Shown: one piece after another, positions 22,674 through 33,262 of the stretch
Numbering within the stretch: the first letter of the stretch is position 1
Layout: each line of letters starts with the position of its first letter
Origin: Cyanidioschyzon merolae
Lineage: Eukaryota
DNA length: 64,000 nt
Strand: one strand, 5' to 3'
Assembly: GCA_000091205.1 (NCBI GenBank)
Contig: AP006497.2
Notes under the pieces: model-generated
What the model saw: only the letters and a program-made list of their open reading frames with translations
Database searches by the model: none
What the model was told of the DNA's origin: nothing
Position numbers and translations under genes: made by a program

Positions 22674-25031
22674 ATGCTTGGTGATAGCACACGTCCCGTG
22701 TTCCTCTCGCCGGGCTTTTGGTGGATAGCCACAGCGCTCCTTTCAACGTATGCCGTTGTCGACGCGCACCTTGGTCACCTCACCAGTGTTTTCGAACGCG
22801 TTGCCGTGGCAGTGCCTTTGGGCTGGGCGGTGTCCTCGTGGCTCGCGTATTTGTTTGCGTCGCTGCGCTACCAAACGCTTGATGTACGATCCGTTCGAGC
22901 TGCTTGGCTAGTGCAAGCTGCAATCGGCTTGTTTCATGTGTGGCTGGTTCAGCGACGGAGAAAGGCGGGTCATGAACCAGCTGGCACCGTGAGGGACTCG
23001 CCGGCCCGCAGTGCGAAGGTAGCACCGCACAGGCCTGGGATGGGCGTCACAGCATTGACGGCTTTGATTGTCTGGCCCATGGTCTCGAGTCGTTTCCTGC
23101 GGAACGAACCAGATGGTAGCGTGAGCTCAGGTGGCGCAACCTGGGCCGATTTGCCGTTCCACATGAATATAGCGGCATCGTTCCTCTATGGAACGAACCG
23201 GGAATTCGACTATCGTCGCACAGAGGCAGCATTTTATGCAGGTTCGCGCCTTGTTTATCCGCTACTTCCAGACTTTCATGCAGCGTGTCTGCGGGTATCG
23301 GGCATGAGCTGGCGCATGAGTTTTCTGCTACCGGCACTGTTTCTGGCTGTATCAGCATCGGCGCTGCTGTATGCGGTGAACTGGCGTTTAACCGGCAGTC
23401 GCGCCGCTGCCGTGCTCTCCGTTCTCCTCGTCATGTGTGCAGGTGGTACCGGGTCCTTTGAGCACTGGATCGAGCGAGGCTGGAGTCACGCGACGCGCGT
23501 AGCCTGGGATGTGGATCCGGTCCAAGCTGACCGTGAGGGCGGCAGACAAGAGATCCTGTGGTTTGCCTACTTTGGGCATGTGTTCTTGCCACAGCGACCG
23601 GCCACGTATGCAATTCCCCTGATCCTCATTGTTATCCTGCTGCTTGTTCTTGCCATGACCGAAGGTGTTCCGCTTCAACAGAGCGCTATTGTGTTGAGGC
23701 TGGCGGCCTTTGTCGCCGGTATCTTGCCCTTATTCCAGGCGCACGCATTTGTTGGTGCAGTGATTCTCTGCTCTGTGCTCTTCATTATGGATTTCGACCG
23801 ATGGTACACACATATGGATCTTCTCTGGCGAGGGTGGCTCACAGCCGCTTTCATCGGTTTGGCGTTGTCGGCGCCCCAGCTTCCGGTATACATCGGGAGG
23901 GTGGCATCGTCGAGGGAGCAAAGAGGCTTTCTTCGCTTCTCTTGGACGGCAATGTCATCCTTCAACAGAGGGTTTTGGAGAACCTGGTTCCGCGCCCTGA
24001 CTCTACACGTTCCAGTCTATACACTTGTGTTTGGCATTGTGTCCGTGGTGCTGTTGGCACAGGCGCTTGCAGATCTGGAGAGACTTTTCGGAGTACGCGG
24101 ATACTTTCCGATCGTGGAACGCATCCAAAACCGCGTTGTGCACTTGCTGCGGGGCCTTGCTCCGGCTTTTAGCGGGCCTTCACATTACTGGCGTTTGAAG
24201 TTCTTCCCCGCATTCGCTGCAGTTTTCGTTTTCTGTAATCTTTTCCTCATTCAGCCATGGGTCAAGGATAACGTCAAGCTCGTGTATATTTGGCTCTTTC
24301 AGGCTGCAGGTGTCGTTGGGTATCTGCTGGTGCGTTTATGGCGGCGCGGTGGGCCTCTGGGCAAGCTCCTGACCCCGCTGATCCTGTTTTTCATGCTCTT
24401 TAGCGGCTTTCTGGGGATGCGCCGAGAATGGGGTGGCGTTACGGCTGAGCTCTTCACACCCGCCGATCAAGAGCTAGGTGAATGGATCAAAATGAACACG
24501 CATTGGCGATCGGTGTTTCTGACTGGCGAAGAGCACGTCAATCCCGCTTGTGCCCTCGGCGGAAGATCGCTGTATCTTGGCTACCTGGGCTGGGTGTGGT
24601 CCCATGGTCTGCCGAATATTCACGAGCGAGTGCAGCTTCGGGACAAAGTGCTTCGAGGTGATGATCGGAATGGGACAGAGCTCTTGAATCTGCTCCGATT
24701 CCGGCGAGTGAGTCATATTTTGCTGGAGCCAAGAATACCGGATCCAGGCTTTGAGAGCATTTTTAACCCGTCCGACGTATGGCTCGGGTACGAGAACCAA
24801 GGATGGCGTCTGTACTTCATCAAGGATGTCGTTCTCGGTGATCGGCCCATCGAGTCTATCTCGAGAGAGCAGCTCTTCTTCTCGACTGGAGTCTCGCTCG
24901 TTGCACTCTGGATGGCCGCTATCTGCTTGTGGTATTTGCCGTGCGTGTTTACGCGGCAGAAGACCGAAGAAGACGGGAACTACGTGCTGCCGCATGGCAC
25001 GATCGGCGGTCGACGCATGAAAGCGCTGTAG
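22674..25031 (+). CDS. Polytopic membrane protein of unknown function (GT-C-like topology: ~12+ TM helices followed by a ~200-aa soluble C-terminal domain)
   Basis: This is a 785-aa ORF with many hydrophobic segments over the first ~560 aa. A W/Y-rich soluble C-terminal domain follows. No family was recognised with confidence. A (GGC)n/CpG-rich tract lies upstream at ~22290..22480. Confidence 0.45.
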   Translation: MLGDSTRPVFLSPGFWWIATALLSTYAVVDAHLGHLTSVFERVAVAVPLGWAVSSWLAYLFASLRYQTLDVRSVRAAWLVQAAIGLFHVWLVQRRRKAGHEPAGTVRDSPARSAKVAPHRPGMGVTALTALIVWPMVSSRFLRNEPDGSVSSGGATWADLPFHMNIAASFLYGTNREFDYRRTEAAFYAGSRLVYPLLPDFHAACLRVSGMSWRMSFLLPALFLAVSASALLYAVNWRLTGSRAAAVLSVLLVMCAGGTGSFEHWIERGWSHATRVAWDVDPVQADREGGRQEILWFAYFGHVFLPQRPATYAIPLILIVILLLVLAMTEGVPLQQSAIVLRLAAFVAGILPLFQAHAFVGAVILCSVLFIMDFDRWYTHMDLLWRGWLTAAFIGLALSAPQLPVYIGRVASSREQRGFLRFSWTAMSSFNRGFWRTWFRALTLHVPVYTLVFGIVSVVLLAQALADLERLFGVRGYFPIVERIQNRVVHLLRGLAPAFSGPSHYWRLKFFPAFAAVFVFCNLFLIQPWVKDNVKLVYIWLFQAAGVVGYLLVRLWRRGGPLGKLLTPLILFFMLFSGFLGMRREWGGVTAELFTPADQELGEWIKMNTHWRSVFLTGEEHVNPACALGGRSLYLGYLGWVWSHGLPNIHERVQLRDKVLRGDDRNGTELLNLLRFRRVSHILLEPRIPDPGFESIFNPSDVWLGYENQGWRLYFIKDVVLGDRPIESISREQLFFSTGVSLVALWMAAICLWYLPCVFTRQKTEEDGNYVLPHGTIGGRRMKAL

Positions 25032-26485
25032 CCAATGGCTTCATGAAGAGGGGTTAACGCTCGAGGCTCGACGATATCTTGCTTCTGTCCGCTACATTGC
25101 GAAGCGATTCTTTGGCCGACGCGAGTTGTGCGTACGTATCCGGAATTCGGTGTTGCAGCATCTCAGCGGAGAGGCCATGAATGCTGCACTCGTCAGGCTT
25201 GCTCTCTGACTATCGCCAACGACGTGTCTCTTCATATCTAGTGGGGTCTAGTGACCATTTCGTGCCTGCTACAGCGATGCCAAACGACAAGCATGCAGGT
25301 AGGCAGCCATGTATACCCATACACATACGCAGGCGCTGTTCGTGTTGGAGAAGGCACGGCGCCCTGGTCGCATGCTCGTTCAGGGCACAGGCCAACGCGG
25401 TGACAACGAGCAGCATCCCCGTCCTCGCGGATCGCAAACCGGAGAGCGTCGATTCACTACCAGGACTGCGTGCTCGGGTTGTGTTGTGGCGACGCATAGC
25501 GTCGGGGCACTCATCTTGATGACTAAGCGGGTGCAGCTTTTGAACCGACCGGCTTGAGCCGGAGATCAGCCGCCTGAGCAGCCACGGGAACGATGACGAA
25601 GCGTGCTGGGGTGCGCAAATGCCGCGCACTATTCTAAACGAGACATCAGCGATTCTCTCGTAGTCCCTGGGTACGAGTATTCCCGCATTGCGACGACATG
25701 GCGGGCCATTGATCCATGCGCCTGGTTCACGTTCAGCACAAACCCTGTGGTGTTTTGCAAGTTGTCCCAGTAGTGTCGCCTTTTTGAACGCGAGCAAGCC
25801 TGAGGCTTCGATATCAACCGACTGCGGGCAGGAATTTACGGTGCCAGCGTTGCCGGATGCCTCTGCATGATATGGCAACCTAGACACCGTCGTCGCCAGA
25901 GGCGGGTATGTTGAATCAGCGTATGTGACAGGTCATCGATACATGGGATGTATTGGGTACTCCATGAGCGAGTGCAGCCTATCAGCACATCACATTTGCC
26001 CGCCACTCTCGGAATAACAACCAAACACCTCCAGTCCTCTGGGCGTCGTTTCGTCCTAGAGTGCCACTCCATAATCAGCTAGAACGGGAGAATCAGCAAA
26101 TTCGAGCGCTGAAATCTCCGCTTGTCGGTAAAGGCGTCAACGCAGGGGTGATCTGAGCCAAAGCGACACGTTTCCGTGCGCTGCATATACCCGGGTCCAT
26201 GCCATCGAAGCATTTGTGCAGCGCGGTTTCTCAGTTGCGCGTTGACGTCCGTGTTGCGCAGTAGCACCCCGTGGGGTATTTCAACGCGACCCGTTTGGAT
26301 GCGTCATAAGCGCACACGATTCATGGAGCGGGCACGGCGGACTCGGGACACGCTCAGATGCGTGCCTGAGCGCTCCTTCGATATGCAGCACCATCGAAAG
26401 AGACCAACATGAGGAACGAGCTGTACCTCTGTTGAATGGATACAGATGAACGTATATGCTGCGTTGAGGATGCGGGCACGCGGGG

Positions 26486-29400
26486 ATGACGCCCGAAACA
26501 ATCGCATCGCCTCCAAGCGCTGCAAGGAGAGATGAAATTTTTGTTCGTCAACGGCACCTTTACACACACACACACACAGAGCGATACTTCGGGAATCTGC
26601 TATGTCACGACTGGTATCGGCTTTCGGGAAAGCATCCATCGTTTCGCGTCCTTGTCCCGGGGATTCCACCTCCCCCCAGACTTTCACTCTGGGACACGCG
26701 TTCTGTCTCACGCTCTAACGTGCGTCCAGAGTGCCACCTAGAGCGCCGGTGCGGTCGCAGTACGCAGTCAGAACGGCTTTGCGATACCCCAGCGGGCACC
26801 GGCTCGTCATGGAACAGACGAATGGACGTGCGATGCCCGCTTGCCTGTCGCCAGGTCCGCTGGTGGTCGTGCAGGCGCTGGGGATGCCATCAAGCCAGCG
26901 CCTCTGGCCAATCGATACGCAGCAGCGAAGGGACGCGGAAAATACGCTCACTGCAGCGGGTACGAACTGGCTCTGCACTCCTGGACTGGGTCTACGTTGC
27001 TATGAACCTTGTTCGGAGCCAGCTTGCCTTACAGCGACTACAAGACGGAATTGAGTCCGTTCGATGGAGATATACTGTATTGGATGCGTTGCGAGTAGAG
27101 CCGCGGTTCGTTTCTGCGCTCGTGGCTCGTGAACGGAGCTCCGGAGAGCGTCCTGCGACAACGTCCAGCTCGCGTGACTGCCTCGTGGCGGAGCGTCTTG
27201 ACGGTATCGACGTCGGTGCGGCGGTGACCGAGGCAGAGCTGTGGACTCGGGCGGCAGAACGGGCACCAAAACTTGTTGTACGCCTTGTGGAGTTTATCAA
27301 GGTGGGTGCACGGAGCTGCGTGTTTGTGTACGAAACCTACACGCCAGTCGACCGCGACGCCACGCCGACAGACGCTCAGGTAGTTCGGGTTGCTGCCCAG
27401 GCTTTTTGCCTAGTACGCCTGTGCGAAACGCTGGGCACAAGTGTCAACGGTAGACTGGACAGGTCCGAACTTAGCTTTCAAGGCAAAGCGCGTGGTTTCG
27501 GACCTGGAGTTCTTCTCAGGAGGGAGGCACCGGCAGGCGTCCTCGAAAGCGAATCGGCTGCATCCGAAAGCATAGCCCAGCAGGATGAAAAACAAGTCGT
27601 CTTTCAGCTGGGATGCCTTATGGGCGATCTTTTAGCCGAGGACACGCAGTACTATTCTCGGCGGTTACTACGCCTGCAAGCTAGTTGTGTTCGAGAAGCA
27701 CCTGAAGCGCGTCCAACGCTGAATATCGTGGAGCGGAAGCTTCGACGTCAGATTCAGCGCCTGGTGCGAGCACGCTCCGACAGCGGCTCCACCGAGGCAC
27801 GCGATGAACCACCGTCTACCCCGGAAATCAGCGATGTGACTGCACCGGTGCCGAGCCACGAAGACCTAGAAGAAATGTTGCACCAATGGGAGAGCGGCAT
27901 GTCTGGTAGCCAGACACCGGGACGGGCGTCGAAGAGCTCGCGGGACTCGGAGTCGACGGTGCCAGCCTCTTGTGCCGCTTACCCCGCTGGACCCAGCGTC
28001 GACTCAAATCCCCTTGGCGGTCATGTCGAGGCACCCTGGGCCATGGAGTCGTGCAGTGACCCGACACCGAACGCTGATCGAGTCGAGCAGCTCATTCAGC
28101 TGGCTTTGGGACGTTCCGAGCAAAGCTTCGGGTTTCCGCACTGCATTCGAGCGTTGCTGCTCGAGGCGTTCGCTCGACCCGATCGAGCCGTCATCGACAC
28201 CGTGCTCAAAGCGCTTCGTCGGCGAGTCTTGCAGGACGCTCTGAGCGTATTTTCTCGTTTGCAAGCGCTGTATATTATTCACTTTCTGTTGCTCCGCGGG
28301 CCGCGGAGCGTTTACGATAGCGCCATAACTTACACGGATTTTATTTCTCTTCTTAGGTCCGCTGGTCAGCGTTCCACAAAGACTGCCTTGAAGCAGGTGT
28401 CTCCCAGACCAAAAGGGGCAGGCTTTTGGGTCCAGGGTTGCACTGGCGGCTCCCGGGATGCAACAGGGATCGTGCACCGATACCGTGAAAGAGACCCTTA
28501 TGGCTGGGTGGTCGGCAGCGCGGTGCACGCAAAAGGCGACCAGCAGGCCGAGCGCTCGGCGAACCGCCGACAGGAGATGCTTCTCGAGCAAGCCAATGAG
28601 CTATCGAGGCACTACGGTGCACTTATCCTGAGCAAACTCGACGCGGTGCGGACCTGGCGAGACCAACGGGGCGCAAACAACGACGATGCGCGCCACCAGT
28701 CGAGACGTTTGGGGATGGCGTCCTCGTTGTTGCAAATTTCGAAATCCGCAGGCAAATTGGCTGAAGAGCTCCTTACAAACCCCGCTCCATTACCATTTCG
28801 AGAGCCAGTGATTGATGAGCTACTCTTGGATGTGTTGTGCGGCTTTGCTACCGTGACCTCTATTTTGGCGCCCCGTTTGAGTGGCGTCGAGCGCGTTCGA
28901 CTGGATCACGAGTTCGTCGTGATTTTTCGAGGACTTGCGCGCCTTTTTGGGCTCGCAATTCCCTATTACATCGAACGGAGCCACGAGGCCTTCCTGCGGA
29001 TCGGTCGGAGTCTGTGGGGCCTCTCGCAGAATTGCTCCCTCGACGAACGAACGATTTTCATACAGGCTGCGCGGCGACTTCCGGCGGAGCTGGCTATCGG
29101 CTGTGGCCTTCGCGCTCCAGACACTTATTCGGCGCTACCAGCGTTGGCGCTGTACGCGTTCCGCGCATGCTCATCGTCGAAGTCGGGTAACGTTCGGTCG
29201 ATGCAAGTGGATGCAACGCTGGCTTCCGCCGTGGCAACGACTGCAGATATAACAGCCGATGATTACCGTGCCGCACATTGCCGGGCGCGGAGTAAGAGCA
29301 TCTGCACTGTGCCAAGTTTCGAGACCAGGCTCGGGAATCTGCCCCTGAACCCTGAAGCAACACCTGCGAGACTTGGGCGAAATCTGGATATCGACTGGTT

Positions 29401-30214
29401 GAATATCGAGCTCATTGAGGAACTCGGCCGCGGCAGTTTTGGTACCGTCCATAAGGCAAGATACCTGAATCGCTTGGTGGCAGTGAAAATCTTCGAAATG
29501 GGGCGCAAGTATGCACAAGGCGATCAATATCGTAATTTCTATGCTGAAGTGCGCACGTTGTGTAGTCTCGATCACGAGAACATCCTTCCGTTTATTGGAG
29601 CGGGTAGAGCGCCCGATCCACCGCGTCTTTTCATCGTGACGGAGTTCATGCCCCGCGGAACGCTCTTCGATCTTTTGCATCGTCGACGGGAGGCGCTATC
29701 GCCGCTGCGGAAAAAGTGCATCGCGCTGGACATTTGCCGGGGGATGGCGTACCTGCATGAGCATGGTCTTTTGCATCGCGATCTCAAGTCTTCGAATTTA
29801 CTAATCGATGGTTCTTATCGGGTGAAAATTGGGGATTTTGGCCTGTCCAAGTCCATTCGTTATCTGGCGCTGGACCAGCCAATGACGGGGAACTGCGGCA
29901 CTCCCCAGTACATGGCACCGGAGGTGCTGGCGTCTGCACCCTACGGCACTGCTGCAGACGTGTTCTCATTCGGAATTCTGCTCTGGGAGCTACTAGCGGA
30001 ACAATTACCGTACCAGGGCTTGGAGCCGATGCAGGTCATCACCGCTGTGCTGCAACGCGATGAACGACCGCCGTTAAATCCGCGATGGGATGTCGAGCTC
30101 GTGCGATTGCTCTGCGAGTGCTGGGATCGGGATCCAGCGAAGCGGCCACCATTTCGAGCATTGGTTGCGCGACTGCCGCCAGTTCCATTCCCGGTACCTG
30201 CGCTTGCCGACTAG
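26486..30214 (+). CDS. Large TKL-family Ser/Thr(/Tyr) protein kinase with a long non-catalytic N-terminal region
   Basis: The C-terminal catalytic domain lies at ~29400..30190. It carries GRGSFGTVHKA, VAVK, HRDLKSSNLL, KIGDFGLSK, GTPQYMAPE and DVFSFGILLWEL. The 5' end is uncertain. The ORF opens at 26486, but the first ~170 aa overlap a (CA)n tract and are low complexity. Alternative starts are MDVRC at 26822 and MNLVRSQ at 27002. Confidence 0.8.
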   Translation: MTPETIASPPSAARRDEIFVRQRHLYTHTHTERYFGNLLCHDWYRLSGKHPSFRVLVPGIPPPPRLSLWDTRSVSRSNVRPECHLERRCGRSTQSERLCDTPAGTGSSWNRRMDVRCPLACRQVRWWSCRRWGCHQASASGQSIRSSEGTRKIRSLQRVRTGSALLDWVYVAMNLVRSQLALQRLQDGIESVRWRYTVLDALRVEPRFVSALVARERSSGERPATTSSSRDCLVAERLDGIDVGAAVTEAELWTRAAERAPKLVVRLVEFIKVGARSCVFVYETYTPVDRDATPTDAQVVRVAAQAFCLVRLCETLGTSVNGRLDRSELSFQGKARGFGPGVLLRREAPAGVLESESAASESIAQQDEKQVVFQLGCLMGDLLAEDTQYYSRRLLRLQASCVREAPEARPTLNIVERKLRRQIQRLVRARSDSGSTEARDEPPSTPEISDVTAPVPSHEDLEEMLHQWESGMSGSQTPGRASKSSRDSESTVPASCAAYPAGPSVDSNPLGGHVEAPWAMESCSDPTPNADRVEQLIQLALGRSEQSFGFPHCIRALLLEAFARPDRAVIDTVLKALRRRVLQDALSVFSRLQALYIIHFLLLRGPRSVYDSAITYTDFISLLRSAGQRSTKTALKQVSPRPKGAGFWVQGCTGGSRDATGIVHRYRERDPYGWVVGSAVHAKGDQQAERSANRRQEMLLEQANELSRHYGALILSKLDAVRTWRDQRGANNDDARHQSRRLGMASSLLQISKSAGKLAEELLTNPAPLPFREPVIDELLLDVLCGFATVTSILAPRLSGVERVRLDHEFVVIFRGLARLFGLAIPYYIERSHEAFLRIGRSLWGLSQNCSLDERTIFIQAARRLPAELAIGCGLRAPDTYSALPALALYAFRACSSSKSGNVRSMQVDATLASAVATTADITADDYRAAHCRARSKSICTVPSFETRLGNLPLNPEATPARLGRNLDIDWLNIELIEELGRGSFGTVHKARYLNRLVAVKIFEMGRKYAQGDQYRNFYAEVRTLCSLDHENILPFIGAGRAPDPPRLFIVTEFMPRGTLFDLLHRRREALSPLRKKCIALDICRGMAYLHEHGLLHRDLKSSNLLIDGSYRVKIGDFGLSKSIRYLALDQPMTGNCGTPQYMAPEVLASAPYGTAADVFSFGILLWELLAEQLPYQGLEPMQVITAVLQRDERPPLNPRWDVELVRLLCECWDRDPAKRPPFRALVARLPPVPFPVPALAD
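26562..26578. repeat. (CA)n microsatellite
   Basis: acacacacacacacaca lies within the 5' region of the kinase ORF. Confidence 0.9.
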
Positions 30215-31127
30215 AATAGAGGCGTGCGGCTGTCTGGGGCGCTTCTTCGAGTCTGGGCGGCGTCGGATGCGCACCACTGGGGTGCGCGTCTACTCCTGCT
30301 CATACGCGAATGTATCGCACAATCGGTATCGTTTTCCGGTTCCGTTTGGCGATCTCGCGACAGTTACGATGGTATGATAAAGTCGGGGAAATAGATGGCC
30401 CCGTTTTGCAACGCGTGAAACTGCATCGGTGGCAGGAACATACCCGCGTAAACATCATCGTGCAGAGCGAATGTTGCTTCCGATCCACCAGGACAAGCAT
30501 GCGCCTCGGAAGAAATTACGGGATACCGCTTCATGGACACGCTGTCGTTGTCGCAGACAAAACACAGCTTCCGTCATCGGCATGCCAACAAACGATGCCT
30601 CGATCATGGCCAGGTCAGGGGTCCGGGGGTGCAGCGCCGCGCTCCAGGTGTGCACACCGAACACTCCCGAGGCGTGTGCGATGCGCGAACGCCGATGCGC
30701 GCACGGGCACATTCACGCACACGTATGCGATGCGGGAACGGAATGCGTGCGAAGCGACACGTGGCACCACCAAAATGCGCCGCGGAGATTGTCGCGCGAT
30801 TACGCACGAGCTGCCCAGGTGGGCACGGATGCGGTTTCCGCACGTCAAGTCACTTCATTTTACATTGGTGTTGATCATTAAGGTTGTACGTTGCGTCAAC
30901 AGCCGACAGAGTTTTTCTAGGTACTTCGTAAACGAGTTCTATGGCGCCGCAAGGAGACAAAGGTAAGGGAAAGGAGGCAGAGCAGTCCAAACCGATGGGT
31001 GGTCCAGCGATGGCCAAGCCTGCTGCGGATAAGCCTGGGGATAAGCCCGGACAAGGCAGGGCAGGTGGAAAGCCCAAGGGCAAGTGAGCACGTCCTCTGA
31101 AGGTTGTGGGTGTTCTACCGGAATCGT

Positions 31128-31185
31128 ATGGTTGGTTAGTTGGTTGGTTAATTGGTTAGTTGGTTGGTTGGTTGGCTATCGTATT
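31128..31185. repeat. GGTT/GGTTAGTT-type simple repeat
   Basis: ggttggttagttggttggttaattggttagttggttggttggttggct lies in the kinase/Pelota convergent intergenic region. Confidence 0.85.
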
Positions 31186-32041
31186 GACAAGTGGGTGCTA
31201 ACTTTAGCCGCCGGCGTGACACACGTTGTTTGGTAAGGTGTCGCAGTTCGCGAGCGAGGTCGCAGCGTCTGGACCGTCGACACGGCTGAGGGCGCGTCCT
31301 TGTCAGGTAATCGTCCGCACTGGCGTGGTTGTCAGAGCACGGGTGCGCTGGAACGGATGCTCGTGGTCGTCGTCGATGCTCAGTAGAACAGCGGCGGCGC
31401 CGACTGCATTCCGATGAATGGCAGGGTTTTCCGGCGAGGTCTTGGGGCATCATGAGCATTGCCACCATCGTCGTCGTCATGTTGGTGCCGATGTCGTCAT
31501 GGATTCCATGGTGGCCACGGGTGTGGAGCGATGACATTCAGTGTAAACGTTTTTTCTTGGAGAAAATTAAAGACTTCCATCGGTGTACCAGGCGCACAAC
31601 ACGCGCTGTCCATACGCCCGTGGCGCCGAAAAGACTCAGTGGTAACAAAATCGTGGATGCCGCTGACCTCCTCGACAGCGGGTGTATTTGACGCAACACG
31701 GTACGGGCGCGGCGGCATGGATCGAACGGAGTATGCGGTCTCTGCTTCCTTGTATTTCGTATCAGGGCGCGTGTGCCGCAGCCGTGAAACGGAGCGCGCG
31801 CGCGAACCCCAACACACCCATGGACAGCGGTGATATCGCCGCAGCGATTGCATCGCTGGTATCGCTCCTCCGGAATGACCTATTCCGTGCAGCACGAACT
31901 GCCTCGACAACGGCTCGATGACGCCCCGCATCATTCAGAGCCGGGAGCATGCTCCATAGAGACCAGACGGGCGTCGACTCGAGCGTCGCCTCCGGTTCGA
32001 ACTGTTGCCGCTGTCCCAGACGCTTGCACTCGATTCCAGCG

Positions 32042-33262
32042 TCACCACGATGTTGCTGTGGACTCGGCATTGCACCGAGTCTCGATATCGCTGGTGTCAG
32101 TGTCCTGTGCATCATCATCGGTATCGATCCAGGGAAAGCGCAAAAGCGCGGCAATGCCGCCGATATCCGCCAACTGCTGGCCAGTCGCGTGTGCGCTACT
32201 GAAGAGATGCACCTGGCCTCGGGCCGACTCCACCTGATCGACCAGGGCAACGAAGCGCTTCCTTTCTGACACCTCTCGATGGCGGAACAAGGCGTCCGTG
32301 ATTAGGAGGTGCTCGACTGCACCCATTTGTGCGGCTCTCTCTACCTGGTCCGGGCCATAAAGCGCACGATCTGAATCCTGATGTATCTGCTCGTAAAAGG
32401 TCTGTAGCAAACGCTGGTTCACAGCAGCCTTGGTGTCATTGATCAGGGTCATGGTCTCGGGCGAGGCGAGCACTTCATGAACGGCCTGCATGCGACCACT
32501 GCCTGCCGCCACAGCGATGAACTGTCGCTTGTGTTCCAGAATAGACCGCAGGTCCCGTCGAGCGGCCTCGGCAAACAGGTACTGCAGGAACTGCTCCCGC
32601 ACGTAACCCGGTGAAGCGATGACGACGCAACGCACTTGTTCTAAGTTTACCTGCTGGAGCAGTGCTCGCATTACTGCCTCGAAAAAGCGTTCCAGCGCTT
32701 TATCTCGCACGCCGAAAGCGGTTGCGGCGCGCTGCAACTTGCTGGGAACGTGCTGCTGGATCCGCGCTCGAAGCAGCGTTGCAGTGCCGCTTACGAGACA
32801 GAGGTGCGCGAGTCCTTCCTCCATGACGCAGATCGCGATGTCCGCGGACTTGCTGGGATCACAGGCGGTTTCCAAGGTTCGTAGGTGGACGCGGTCGAAC
32901 TGCGACTTGATGAGATCGAACCGAAGCCCGGTCGTTATCTCGAGCGTGTGGTGCTGCTCTCGCTTCACATACTCGTTTTCGGACACGTTCTTGCCCTGGA
33001 TCCGGAGGGAAGGTGCCTCCGTGTCATAGTCAATTCGTTGTACCCGGATCGTCAGCACGAGTCGTACGCGTTCCGTGTGCCGAGCACTGGCGCGTTGCTC
33101 AGTCGCCCCCGCGAGAGCGACTTTTCGCCAGGTGGTTGTTCGCACCAAGTCGCCTTTGTCGATGAGGTTATAGGCGTGCCAGAGGTCCTCGCTGTTTTCT
33201 GGTAAGAGCGCAACTTCAAAGCGCTGATCTTTCAGGCTCACACTGCGTCGGAGGAGCTTCAT
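32042..33262 (-). CDS. Pelota/Dom34 (eRF1-like ribosome rescue factor)
   Basis: The ORF is colinear with Pelota. Matching blocks are MKLL...LLPENSEDLWHAYNLIDKGDLVRTTTWRKV, RIQGKNVSENEYVK, ACDPSKSADIA.VMEEGLAHLCLV, VIASPGYVREQF, ALERFFE, YGPDQVERAAQMGAVEHLLITDALFR and IAALLRFP. The likely start is MKLLRR at 33262. Confidence 0.85.
   Translation of the reverse strand: MKLLRRSVSLKDQRFEVALLPENSEDLWHAYNLIDKGDLVRTTTWRKVALAGATEQRASARHTERVRLVLTIRVQRIDYDTEAPSLRIQGKNVSENEYVKREQHHTLEITTGLRFDLIKSQFDRVHLRTLETACDPSKSADIAICVMEEGLAHLCLVSGTATLLRARIQQHVPSKLQRAATAFGVRDKALERFFEAVMRALLQQVNLEQVRCVVIASPGYVREQFLQYLFAEAARRDLRSILEHKRQFIAVAAGSGRMQAVHEVLASPETMTLINDTKAAVNQRLLQTFYEQIHQDSDRALYGPDQVERAAQMGAVEHLLITDALFRHREVSERKRFVALVDQVESARGQVHLFSSAHATGQQLADIGGIAALLRFPWIDTDDDAQDTDTSDIETRCNAESTATSW

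Noticed and set aside
30310-32040. Many overlapping 60-220 aa ORFs in all six frames between the kinase and Pelota 3' ends.
   Set aside because: The region is very GC-rich and repetitive (gcgatgcg motifs, GGTT repeat). No frame shows a recognisable domain. The likely explanation is 3' UTR or intergenic sequence with compositional ORFs.
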